Shown here piece by piece: positions 1 to 11,797 of a DNA stretch of 64,000 nt. The position numbers were made by a program, and so were the translations under genes. A model generated the notes under the pieces. That model did not search any database. It worked only from the letters and a program-made list of their open reading frames with translations, and was not told the DNA's origin. The stretch is from assembly GCA_013239625.1 (NCBI GenBank), contig MU053487.1, forward strand, positions 2,191,058-2,255,057, given 5' to 3'. Each line of letters begins with the position of its first letter. Position 1 is the first letter of the stretch. The DNA comes from Lama guanicoe (Eukaryota).

Positions 1-789
1 GTGACCTGAACCTCAGGACTCCTTGGGGACAATGAGGTCACAACCGTAGAAGGTACTCAACAAATTCGATACGTATGAACCATGCTCTTAGGTAGCCCTT
101 GTTGCAGACAGTAACTTATCAGACATGCACTGTCTTAGGTGACTATTTCGAAAGAAACTAAGAGAAGGAAGAAAACCCCAATTATCAAGATGACGCAGGA
201 TCTAGAATTTTGAAGACTTCCTGAAACTGCTAACTATGCAGTCAAACCCGGACATACACAGGTTCACTGACTCTAAGAACACTCTTTATTTTCCTGGAAA
301 CTGCTAAAATGGGTGCTGAGAGGCACTCCCACTGATAGAAACCTAAAGTCATAACTGATGCTTCCTGGTGGAATGCATCCCAAGGTTCTCCAGATGAGTT
401 CTGTCTCTTATTGAGCTGTCTTCCTGTCAATATGATCGATATTGGCTGATAACCTAACGACTTGCATCACTGTATTTTTTCTGTAGGGATTTCATGTGGA
501 TTTCCTGAAATCCACATTTCTTGATTTTATTAAGTGTATCTTAACAAGATACACTTCATGGTTGTTATTAACTTGTTAACTAATGTGACTGATGTATAAA
601 TGCATTCATGACTACTTGGACCGTCCATGAGGGGGTGTGGACCCCTCTGTTGGGAAAGCTAAGGGGAAAGGAGATGGACATTGGAACTGGTGGAAGAGAA
701 GTCACGCTGATTCGGGAGAATTATGCATCACAGAACCACTAGCTAATAGAGCAAGGATCACTGAGTTGTTCTTGTACGTCAAAATAGAT

Positions 790-876
790 GGGAGGGAAAC
801 AGCTCAGTGGCAGAGCACGTGCTTAGCATGCATGGGCCCTGGTTGATTCCCCAGCACCTCCATTAAAAAAAAAAAA
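790..876 (+). mobile_element. tRNA-Ala-derived SINE (Vic-1-like), short form
   Basis: gggagggaaacagctcagtggcagagc...gcttagcatgc...ccccagcacctcca followed by poly(A). Confidence 0.85.
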
Positions 877-919
877 GTAGAAGTAGAAAAAGAACCTGGA
901 ATTAAGATGAATAAAATGA

Positions 920-1230
920 AAAAAAGGCACAAATGAACTTATTTACAAAATAGAAACAGACTCACAGACAGAAAACAAACATGGTTACAGGGGGGAAGGG
1001 GGTAGGAAGAGATAAATTGGGAGTTTGAGATTTGCAGATACTACTATATAAAAAATAGATAAACAACAGTTTCTTCTGTATAGCACAGAGAACTATATCC
1101 AATATCTTATAGTAACCTATAATCAAAAAGAATATGAAGAGGAATATATGTATGTACATGTATGGCTGAAATATTATGCTGTACACCAGCATAATTGTCA
1201 CACATTATAAACTGACTACACTTCAATAAT
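920..1230 (+). mobile_element. L1 3'UTR fragment
   Basis: Motifs acagactcacagac...ctgtatagcacagagaactatat...ctgtacacc...cttcaataa, shared with other L1 3' ends in the window. Confidence 0.85.
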
Positions 1231-2369
1231 AATGATTGGACAGGTTTATTTTAAAGGGAAAAAGGTCATGGAGTGTGTTCGGCTATTTTTTAACCTTCCA
1301 GACTTTCCTTGCCATCCTTTGGGACAGCAGTCACTGTCCTGTCCTAGTCACATGCGTCTGTTTCTTCTTAGAACCAACGAGAGGCCAGAAAGAGGGCACT
1401 GCCTTTGTCCTTGATCAAACTGTGACCCGTCCCCACAACACCCCACCACCATTTCTCCCGGATGCCACGGGCCTCAAGCTCTCCAGAGCTACAGCACCAA
1501 CCTACCCATCTCATTCCTTTCATCCTTGTTTCCAGAGCAGGAACCTGTCCCTTCTCTTCCTTATTCCAGGACAAATGTTCTCAAAGGACCTCACTCGTTT
1601 CTGCCATCCCTTCAGCCTCTTCCCCTGCCCCACTCACACTAAGCTTTCTTTGCCAGATGCAGTATCTCGGCTGTCACCTGGCCTGTCCGCTTCCTCTTCT
1701 GCATGGGCTGTGCCGGTCATCATCACCTCCCCGGCTCCTATTTGCTTCCTCCCCTCCTCCCAGGACCCAGTCAACACCACACCGCACCTTCCAACCAGCC
1801 AAGGGAGCACACGCTGGCAGAAGAAGCAATTAACACTCATATTTCTGCAAGCTGGAGATTCTCATAATTAAAATTTCTTCTGCAAGATCTCAGGAGCCTA
1901 AATAACCCTAAGGGAAGAGAAGTATCTTATCAGGAAGTGTGATCAGAAGAAACAGCTCAGCTATATGGGCCTAAAATTTTACTCTTGGGCCCAATTATTG
2001 GATATAAATATTTCTGTTGATTAAAACCACATGATAAGCTTGCTAGATCCATTAGGAGCTCTGAGCACATTCTGAAAGTCTCTAGCAGCCTCAGCTACAA
2101 TCAGCCATGTCACCAAAAGTTAGTTTTAACATAATTACTCCTCTAAGTTTAGCAAAGACAGGTCATAATACAATCGCCATCCATTAAAGGAAGACACAGC
2201 TACTTTGATAATACAAAGCTCACACAAGTGTGGAACACTAAATTAAAGGCACCTGAAGAACATTAATTAATGGACAGTAGTCACCATGGTGATACTTACT
2301 AACATTAACTCTCAGAGGACCAGCCAAGTCTGTAATGTAATTACCATATCATCAAGTGTAGAGATGACA

Positions 2370-4665
2370 AAAAGATTATACATCATGACCAAGTGGGGTT
2401 CATCCCAGGGACACAAGGGTGGTTCAACATACACAAATCAATCAATGTAACATATCACATCAATAAGAGAAAGGACAAAGACCACATGATCATCTCAATC
2501 GATGCAGAAAAAGCATTTGATAAAATTCAACACCCATTTATGATAAAAACTCTTGCCAAGGTGGGTATAGAGGCAACATATCTCAACATAATAAAAACTA
2601 TATATGACAAACCTACAGCCAGCATAGTACTCAACTGTGAAAAACTCAAAAGCTTCCCACTAAAATCTGGGACAAGACAAGGATGCCCACTATCACCACT
2701 CCTATTCAACATAGTCCTGGAAGTCCTAGCCACAGCAGTCAGGCAAGAGAGAGAAATAAAAGGGATCCAAATTGGAAAAGAAGAGGTAAAAGTGTCACTA
2801 TATGCCAACGACATGTTACTATATATAGAAGGCCCTAAAAGGTCCACACAAAAACTTCTAGAGCTGATCGAAGAATTCAGCAAGGTAGCAGGTTACAAGA
2901 TTAACGTTCAAAAATCAGTGGCATTTCTTTACACTAACAACGAATCAACAGAAAAAGAAAGTAAAGAAACAATCGCCTTTAAAATAGCACCCAAAGTAAT
3001 AAAATACCTAGGAATAAACCTAACCAAGGAGGTGAAAGAATTATACACAGAAAACTATAAACTGTTGATGAGGGAAATTAAAGAAGACTTTAAAAAATGG
3101 AAAGATATCCTATGCTCTTGGATTGGAAGAATCAATATTGTTAAAATGGTCACACTGCCCAAGGCAATCTACATATTTAATGCAATCCCTATCAAATTAC
3201 CCAGGACATATTTCACAGAACTAGAACAGATTATAATAAAAAATTTTATGGAACCATCAAAGATCTAGAATTGCCAAAGCATTACTGAAGAGAAAGAAAG
3301 AGGCTGGAGGAATAACTCTCCCAGACTTCAGACAATACTATCGAGCTACAGTCATCAAGACAGCATGGTATTGGTACAAAAACAGACATATAGACCAATG
3401 GAACAGAATAGAGAGCCCAGAAATGAACCCACAAACTTTTGGTCAACTCATCTTCGACAAAGGAGGCAAGAATATACAATGGAATAAAGACAATCTCTTC
3501 AGCAAATGGTGTTGGGAAAACTGGACAGCAGCATGTAAAACAATGAAACTAGAACACTTCCTTACACTATACACAAAAAGCAACTCAAGATGGATCAAAG
3601 ACTTAAACATAAGACAAGATACAATAAACCTCCTAGAGGAAAATATAGGCAAAACATTATCTGACACACATCTCAGAAATTTTCTCCTAGAAGAAATAAA
3701 AGCAAGAATAAACAAATGGGACCTANNNNNNNNNNNNNNNNNNNNNNNNNNNNNNNNNNNNNNNNNNNNNNNNNNNNNNNNNNNNNNNNNNNNNNNNNNN
3801 NNNNNNNNNNNNNNNNNNNNNNNNNNNNNNNNNNNNNNNNNNNNNNNNNNNNNNNNNNNNNNNNNNNNNNNNNNNNNNNNNNNNNNNNNNNNNNNNNNNN
3901 NNNNNNNNNNNNNNNNNNNNNNNNNNNNNNNNNNNNNNNNNNNNNNNNNNNNNNNNNNNNNNNNNNNNNNNNNNNNNNNNNNNNNNNNNNNNNNNNNNNN
4001 NNNNNNNNNNNNNNNNNNNNNNNNNNNNNNNNNNNNNNNNNNNNNNNNNNNNNNNNNNNNNNNNNNNNNNNNNNNNNNNNNNNNNNNNNNNNNNNNNNNN
4101 NNNNNNNNNNNNNNNNNNNNNNNNNNNNNNNNNNNNNNNNNNNNNNNNNNNNNNNNNNNNNNNNNNNNNNNNNNNNNNNNNNNNNNNNNNNNNNNNNNNN
4201 NNNNNNNNNNNNNNNNNNNNNNNNNNNNNNNNNNNNNNNNNNNNNNNNNNNNNNNNNNNNNNNNNNNNNNNNNNNNNNNNNNNNNNNNNNNNNNNNNNNN
4301 NNNNNNNNNNNNNNNNNNNNNNNNNNNNNNNNNNNNNNNNNNNNNNNNNNNNNNNNNNNNNNNNNNNNNNNNNNNNNNNNNNNNNNNNNNNNNNNNNNNN
4401 NNNNNNNNNNNNNNNNNNNNNNNNNNNNNNNNNNNNNNNNNNNNNNNNNNNNNNNNNNNNNNNNNNNNNNNNNNNNNNNNNNNNNNNNNNNNNNNNNNNN
4501 NNNNNNNNNNNNNNNNNNNNNNCAAGATCTTATGGTAGCTCACAGAGAAAAAAATGTGACCAAAAAAATATATATGTTCATGTATAACTGAAAACTTGTG
4601 CTCTACACTGGAATTTGACACAACATTGTAAAATGTTTATAAATCAATAAAAAATGTTAAAAAAA
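2370..4665 (+). mobile_element. Young 5'-truncated LINE-1 (ORF2 RT region to poly(A)), with gap 3726-4522
   Basis: L1 ORF2 peptide ([33 protein letters not shown]). Frameshift in the A-run near 3240. Perfect 16-bp TSD aagtgtagagatgaca at 2354-2369 and 4666-4681. Confidence 0.97.
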
Positions 4666-6254
4666 AAGTGTAGAGATGACACCTTCCTAAACCCAAACAC
4701 CAAGGCTGTTGTCAAATCCAACACGATGCAGAGCTCTGTCTGAATACCCACAAAGCATTGACTGACGTTAGGTAGCATTTAAACTCTGACATAACAATAT
4801 GTTGAACTTTACTCACCCAGAGAAAGGACAAACATGGTTTATAAATGTGACAGGCCAGTTCATTTTTTTTTCCAGTTCATTTTGATAAATGCAAGCTGAC
4901 AGATTATCCACAGGGGAGAAAAGATGGTACCCTTTTCCACCAAAGGCAGCTCAGACCTGTGGCTTTTTGTAGCTTCTGAAGGAGCCAGACCACCACGAAA
5001 AAAAAGGGTTTTTTTATTTTAAGAAAACAAAAAATGAGGTTTCTTTGAAATCAGAAAAAGAGGTGCTAAATGTCTATTACTGTTAACGCCAATAAACAAG
5101 TTATGTATTTAGACTGAAAAATTATAGCTACTCTGCAGTTTTTCCTCTCTCTCAGCGCACACACACACACTCACACACACTTCACTGCCTTTAAGTGCAA
5201 TAAAACACACATGATGACATTTAAATCCATGCAGAGGTGCTAAATGACTTCCCAGAGGCAGTTAACTTGTCCACACTAATTGTATTCCTTGCAGTTTTTC
5301 TACGTCCTGAAGCAAACCTCTCCATGCAATCTGAAATTGCTGACTGTCTCCATCGCAAGAATTGCTGACAAGTAAGTCCCTTAACACAAGTGACAGACTC
5401 TATTGCCCAAGAGATGGGCCAGCTCTACAGATTGGTTCCAGGACCTTGTTGAGAAAATGCAAGCTCAGACGACCGTCCCCAAAAGAAAATGATCCTAAGG
5501 GATAAATGATCTCACTCCACATCCTTAAGAACTGGTATGACTGTCCTGATGCTTTATGAGGCACGTACTCAATGTATTCAGCTCATGGGACCCACCTGGG
5601 CCTCAAGTCAATCTCTCTCCTGCTTAGACAACTCAGTGAAAAACATCAGAGATCAATAAAGAACACTGCTGTGTTGCAGTTCCAAAGTGCCCAACATTGA
5701 CAGTGCCCAGCACGTTGCACATGGGGAAAACTTGGGCTCAGGTCCAAAAGACAGAAACAAAAAGCAAGTGAGGAAAGGATGAGGACACTCAGCTAACGCA
5801 AAAAATGAAATGCTTCAGAGGGAGAGTCATCCAATGGTTCATTCAGAACACTCAGGCAACCAGCCAACATTCTGAAATTCTGAGTCTGGGCAAAAAACAA
5901 AGTTGCTTGACTTAGCGGTCAACATAAGACCTCATTTCACCAGATAATTAGCTTGATGCACTCGGAGCTTCATTCTGCTTGTGGGAGTAGTTCACAGGCA
6001 GATGAATGTACTGGGATGATGCTTACAGGGTGGGTCAACAGCCATGAAATTAAAGGAAACAGGCTAAATCCCCACAGGATAAAATTAAAAAACAACTGTG
6101 GCTCACGGAGATCACTGTCTCCACTAATGGCTTTCTCTGTAGCAATCTGGCTTTGGATGCTTATTCATGATGGCCACCTTAATATCAGACTTGTTTGTAA
6201 CGTGGTGATAATGCTAGCGGCTGCCATGGATTTCCCAGGCAGCAAAAGCTGGGG

Positions 6255-6470
6255 TCTGCATTCATTCATTCCTCCAACTGGTATTTCTTGAGTATCCACC
6301 AAGTGACAGAACTGTTCTAGGCTTCCAGGTATGGTCTACATAAAACAATGTTCCTGCCGTCGTAGAACTTTCCAGCAGGAGGAAAAAGAAAACAGAAGAA
6401 TGGAACATATCAGGTGGTGATGGGGGCTATGAAAAAGAAAGCAGGTTAAAGGGGCCAGAGGGTGAGCATG
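6255..6470 (-). mobile_element. L2 3' end fragment
   Basis: cattcattcattcc...tatttcttgagtatccacc...tgttctaggc, a typical reversed L2 terminus. Confidence 0.55.
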
Positions 6471-6475
6471 TGAAG

Positions 6476-6987
6476 TGTGAGGTCCCAACAAAGACCACCA
6501 GGAACATGTCTAGAGTTCAAGTACACATTGGGTTGGTGGACTCATGGCAACAAGGGAGAAGGCACACCTTTGGGATCCAGGCATCTAAGTAAGAGGGTGT
6601 TCAATGAACCTGTTGTAAGATTTGGGTGGTGCTAGGTGATTGGAGGAAGAGTTCAAGACACTATTGGGAGTGAGGGGAAGTCTCTGATTAGGCATCTTGG
6701 TCATTCTTATTTAGGAGGCGGAGGGAATGAAGTGGGGGCTGTGAATCACAGGAGCCAGAAAGGAATTACGTAGCCACACTTGTGATTTGGACCATCTTTG
6801 CTCTTGTCTGGTTTTGGACATGATTATAAGGAGGTCTTACTTTGGTCTTGACCCATCAGGCTCACGGTGTGGCCTCATCTGATGCTGGTGTTCTGTGACG
6901 TTCTGTATGTTCATGACAGAACAGCACAGCTGAGCTCCGAGCGCCAGGCCAGGTCCTGGTGGTCAGGGGCTGCTTTTCTCTTCCTCT
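6476..6987 (-). mobile_element. ERVL-type solo LTR (MER73/MER54/MER74 group)
   Basis: Minus strand begins gagaaaagcagcccctgac...cctggcctggc and ends tgttcctggtggtctttg. Related to 35073-35264. Confidence 0.65.
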
Positions 6988-7009
6988 TCCAAGATAAGTA
7001 CTAGGACTA

Positions 7010-7135
7010 TTTCTCTTTTATAAACAAGGAAACAGAGGCTCAGAGAGGTGAAGGACTTATGCTCGAGCAAGCAACCAAGAATGCCAGGATTCAGACTCAG
7101 GTTATCTGACTCCAGAGCCAGCCTCTTACCCACAC
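7010..7135 (-). mobile_element. MIR SINE
   Basis: MIR core ggaaacagaggctcagagaggtgaaggactt...ctgactccagagcc. Confidence 0.75.
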
Positions 7136-7397
7136 CACACATGGGTCTCTTCAGTGCTGAACCTTTTGAATTCCTGTGGCAAGATGGCAACTTGGAGAGG
7201 GCCGGGGCAGGGGGCCGTCAGTGGGAGGGTGGACTCAAAGACTGCAGGGGAAGCTACTAGCAGCAGACACCCCTAGCACCTAGGCCAGAGGTGCACATGC
7301 CCAAGAAATTAGCTCCACTTGGTCACTGTCAAGGTGAAAATATTTTTCTCTCAGGGATGAGGAAAGATTTTCCTTTTTATTTCAATTGTAAGTTTTC

Positions 7398-7570
7398 TAG
7401 ATAAACAACAAGATCTTACTGTATAGCATAGGGAACTATATTCAATATCTTGTAATAACCTATATCAAAAAAGAATATTAAAAGGAATATATATGTATAA
7501 CTGAATCATTTTGCTGTACACCAGAAAGTAACACAACACGGTAAATTGACTATACTTCAATTTTTAAAAA
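7398..7570 (+). mobile_element. L1 3'UTR fragment
   Basis: tagataaacaacaag...ctgtatagcatagggaactatattcaatatcttg...ctatacttcaa. Confidence 0.85.
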
Positions 7571-7744
7571 TCAGAACATTTCTTTTTCAATAATTTAATC
7601 AAAACCCATTTATGTCAGCAACTTATGAACTATAACCAAGATTTTAAATCTTGGAATATGTTATTTTAAAAAAGACCACAAAGGTAATGTTCTAGTACAT
7701 AAGGCTAACAGAATAAGAGGCAATTAATATTTCCTGTATCTTGC

Positions 7745-8243
7745 ATGGAATACTACTCAGCCATAAAAAAGAATAATGTCAACTGCAGCAACGTGGTTGG
7801 ACCTGGAGATCATCATACTAAGTGAAGTAAGCCAGAAAGAGAAAGAAAAATACCATATGCTATCACTCATATGTGGAATCTAAAAAAAAAAAAGAACACA
7901 AACTTATTTACAAAACAGAAACAGACTCAACAGACATACAAAACAAACCTAAGGGTATCAGGGAAGGAAGAGAGTGGGGAGGAATAAATTTGGAGTTCAG
8001 GATTTGCATATACTACTATATATAAAATAGATACACAACAAGGTCCCACTGTATAGTACAGGGAACTAAATTCAATACCTTGTAATAGCCTATAATGAAA
8101 AAGTATGAAAAGGAATATATATATAGCTGAATCACTATGCTATACACCAGAAATTAACACATTGTAAATTGACATATATATATAAATATATATAAAATAT
8201 ATATATAATATATATAAATATATATAAAATATATATATATATA
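7745..8243 (+). mobile_element. L1 3' end with AT-microsatellite tail (8174-8243)
   Basis: atggaatactactcagccataaaaaagaa (end of ORF2) through the 3'UTR. The tail ends ~67 bp from the DCLK3 donor. Confidence 0.88.
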
Positions 8244-8310
8244 TTTTCTTTTTCTCCCTGGATCCCGGACTTTATAACGCCCTCTCCCGCGGCAGCAGGG
8301 CCGGCCTTAC

Positions 8311-10172
8311 CAGCAGGTTTTCTGGCTTGAGATCGCGGTGGACTATGCGCCTGTCGTGCATGTGGACCAGCGCCTTGCACAAGTCCATGAGCATGAGGGC
8401 GGCGTCGCGCTCCGGGAACTTAACACTTTCTATGATGGCATCGAAAAGGTCTCCTCCCTGCACATACTCCATGATCAGGAAGATCTCCGTGTCGGTTTCG
8501 TACACTTCGTGCAGTTTCACGATGTTGGGGTGAGAGAGGCTCTGGATGATCAGGATCTCGCTGTCCACCATGTCCTCCTTCCCCTTGAGCTTGGACTTGT
8601 CGATAATCTTCATGGCGTAGGCCTGCCGGGTCCCGCGGTGCCTGCACTCCTTCACCACCGCGAAGTTCCCGTCCCCGATCACGCGGCCTGTCTCGTACTG
8701 CTTCCGCACGTCGGCCGCCAGGATGCCCGCGGGCCGCCGCCTCCTGCCGCCCGGCCGCTCGGCCTTATTCTCCTCTGGCCTCGTCTTGGACTCCTTTTCT
8801 AGCCTGGCCGGCGGCTCGTCTTGGAATACCATCTTTCTCCCTCTGGACATCCCTAGCTTCCTCTCCTTCTCCACCTCCTGCTCATCCCTCTGCGTCCTGG
8901 GGAGCTTCTCCAGGTCAAGGTCGGCCTGATGCTCCCTCAGAGGCCAACCTCCCTGCCTGCTCCTGCCTGCGCTCCTGCTGTCTTTCTTCCTGTCTCTTGG
9001 CCCCTCCTCTCGGCCAGGCTGAACTTCCCCCAGGTCCTTCTTGGCCTTGGCTGATGCTGGGGGATGGCCCTCCTGGCCTCTGGGGTCTCTGTCTTCTTTC
9101 TTGTCTGTGTTTTTGCTGGGTCTCCCCAGCTCCTGAGGGGGGTGCCCGGGACTGCCCCTGTGGCCCTCCTTCCAGCCTTCCTCTGCACCCTGGGGCTTCT
9201 CCTCGGGGGACCTCCTGCAGCTCCTGGTCCTCACCAGCTTGTCCACGTCGTAGCGTGGACACCTGCCCAGGTCCAGCTCACTGGTGCCCAGGGAGAGCCG
9301 CTCCCTCTGCAGGCCCTGCTGGAGCTCTCTCTCTCTCTTGCACTTCTCACACCTGATAATTTCACCCGACGTCTTTTCAATCTCTACCCCCAGGTGCTTC
9401 TCTCCGCTGGCCTCCCTCTCCAGAGTGGCTTCCCTGGGCACCTTGCTATCAGGCTCAGGCTCCCTCTTGCCTCTGACCCACATCTTCCGGGCCCTCAGCC
9501 TGTCCTCCCCAGGGGTCTTCCCCAGAAGTCTGACGGTGGCCTGGGATCTGGCAGCCTCACCACAGCTCTTGGTCTCCGTTTCCCCACCATGGTGACTCCC
9601 TTTCAGAGCCTTGCTATAAAGCCGGCTTCTCAGCCTTGGCGAGGGGGCCCGACCGTGCTGGGTCAAGGTCAGGGCCTGGGTTTTGCTGGGGTACAGTTCC
9701 TCGACAGCCACCTGAATGCTCTTCAGCGTGAGTGGTTCCTTGCCCATGGCGATGAAAGCATCCCCCTCCCTGAAGAACTCAGACACACTCCTGATTTCCC
9801 TGCCCTTGAGGGTGAACAGCTTCCTCACGCGGTCACTCTTCCATCGGGGAAAGCCCAGGGCCTCTGAGACGTCGGCCAAGAGCTGCTCGAAGGTCTGCAC
9901 CGAGCGCCGGTTGAGAAGCAGCGTGATCTTGCGGAGGGGGTGCCCGCCCAGCTTGATCACGGTCACAACCCGGGGCTTCAGCGGGCTGCTCTCAGCGTGG
10001 ACGGGGTGAAGGCCACACTGGGGGCTGAACACAGGCACCTCGGAGCCGCGTGGCCCCAGTAATGGTTTCTCCAGGCTCCCTCGGCCAGTTGGCAGCCACG
10101 TGCCCTGCAGCTTCCGCTCCGTGATCTTCGAGCTTAAGTACTTTAGAGAATGGTCACATAGGCCTCGATGTC
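8311..10172 (-). CDS. DCLK3: Doublecortin-like kinase 3, large internal coding exon (DCX domain, charged linker, kinase subdomains I-VIb)
   Basis: The translation contains a DCX-like segment (PRVVTVIKLG...LLNRRSVQTFEQLLADVSEAL...VRKLFTLKG) and kinase motifs IGDGNFAVV, AMKII and HRDLKPENLL. Acceptor tcccacag|GA at 10172, donor CTG|gtaagg at 8311. Length 1862 = 2 + 620 codons. Downstream kinase exons were not found in the window. Confidence 0.97.
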
Positions 10173-10699
10173 CTGTGGGAGGAAGGGACAACACAGTGTT
10201 GGTCAAATGGGTTCAAAGAGCCCTCTGACCTGCACCAAACCGTTACCAAAGATGGCTGATTCTGTTACAGGTTAGAAGTGTGCTCTTTAGGGGATCCGCT
10301 TGAAACGATGGTGCCTTTACACGTTAGGTCTAATCCCCAGTCTTCATGAGAGACCAGACGTGCAGAACAGTGTCCACTTCAGGCCTGATGTGGACAGCCT
10401 TCGGGCCTGGCTCCCCCAGGTCTCCCAGGAACCCCCCAGGATGGGCTATCTCTCAGTGGCCCCTTCTCAGCAAGGTCTGACCATGAACACAACTTCCACG
10501 ACCCTGAAGTGAGCGGACCTTCGAGGATCTACAACCGAGATAAAAGGTCCAAGGTTTGCTGCCCAGGAAACACCAATGAAAGATCAGAACTTTCTGGACC
10601 TTTAAAGACCTCAAATCTTACCCACCTCTTTGCCAAGAACAGTTTTCTCAGCTTCATTTTTCAACCCACCCAAGGCGAGGCAATATGTGAAGAGGTTCT

Positions 10700-10900
10700 G
10701 ATCACAGAGTTTGACACAGGTCTGGATTTGAATCCTGGGGGGGCATTGACTCTTTGGGTGAACTTGGGCAAATCACATGAGTTCTGTTTTTTCATCTATG
10801 AATGATAACACCTGCCTCCCAGGATTTTTGTGAAGAGTAAATGAGAAAATGATTACAGTTCACTGAAAGGAGTGCTTGACACACAGTAAGGGCACGGTGA
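10700..10900 (+). mobile_element. MIR SINE
   Basis: ctggatttgaatcctgg...gaacttgggcaaatcac...ttcatctatgaatgataacacctgcctccc. Confidence 0.7.
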
Positions 10901-11125
10901 TTGCCAGGCATTAATACTGTCCTGACACTCTTAATATCTCTCTTGGATGCTCATTTCACTTTGGTAGCAATGTAATCTGTCAATTAATTAGAGGTCTACC
11001 ATGCACAGCTTCACCTGCTATCACAGGAACTCATGGGCCAACATGACATGGTGATCTTCTCCAAATGGTTTTTCCTCTCGTTTTTAAAAAAAGGAAAGAA
11101 AGAAACCAACGTCATATTCATATTT

Positions 11126-11207
11126 GAGGGGAAGGTTATAGCTCAGCGGTAGAGTGCATTCTTACCATCCATGAGGTTCTGGTTCAATCCCCAGTATCTC
11201 CGTTAAA
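11126..11207 (+). mobile_element. tRNA-Ala-derived SINE (Vic-1-like), degenerate
   Basis: ggttatagctcagcggtagagtgc...ggttcaatccccagtatctccg. Confidence 0.8.
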
Positions 11208-11318
11208 CATATATATTCATGTTTAGAGCTTTAATAATGAGGTGCTCACTCTCATGGTGTTTCCTGATAAACAGAATAAATGAAGGAAAGAGGACTCTGT
11301 ACTTCCTGATCAAGTGTA

Positions 11319-11797
11319 CCGAGCCACAACTCATTTTCTTGTGCTTCACTTTCTTATGCTTTAAAGATACCACATTTTTTATAAATTGAAAATCTGTGCC
11401 ATCAAGCAAGTCTATTGGCACCATTTTTCCAATAGCATGTGCTCACTTCTTGTCTCTGTGCCACATTTTGGTAACTCTGACGATATTTCAAACTTTGTTA
11501 TTATTATATTTTTTACGGTCATCTGTGATCTGTGATATTAGGTGTCACCACTCTGACTCCCTGAAGGCTCAGACGATGGCTAGCATTTTTTAGCAACAAA
11601 ATATTTTTAAATTAAGATACATACATTGTTATTCTTAAACTTAATGCTATTGCACACCTAACAGACCACAGCAGAGTGTAAACATAACCTTTACATGCAC
11701 TGCAAAGCCAAAAAATTTGTGTAACTGGCTTTTTTGGGATATTGGCTTCACTGCAGTTCTCCAGAACCAAACCCACAATAGCTCTGAGGTATGCCTG
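11319..11797 (+). mobile_element. Internally deleted Tigger1-type (TcMar-Tigger) DNA transposon
   Basis: Tigger1 5' motif gcaagtctattggcaccatttttccaatagcatgtgctcac joined to the 3' end gaaggctcagacgat...gaggtatgcctg, followed by TA. Confidence 0.85.

Noticed and set aside
1236..1871. 211-aa plus-strand ORF in a DCLK3 intron
   Set aside because: Non-ATG start, Pro/Ser/Leu-rich composition typical of pyrimidine-rich noncoding DNA, and no domain similarity I can recognise.
3423..4621. Long ORFs of 291-392 aa, and similar ones at 35930-37009, 32612-33004 and 33519-34062
   Set aside because: Their length comes from translating N gaps. The real parts are L1 sequence, simple repeats or GC-rich CpG-island DNA.
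8338..10009. Plus-strand ORFs of 97-267 aa opposite the DCLK3 exon
   Set aside because: Antisense shadow ORFs of GC-rich coding sequence with no recognisable motifs.
10173..10206. ORF-track N-terminus MTNTVLSLPPT for DCLK3, and read-through tails past the donors at 8311, 53683 and 61891
   Set aside because: Intronic: a TTG start inside the acceptor region, and extensions beyond clear GT donors.
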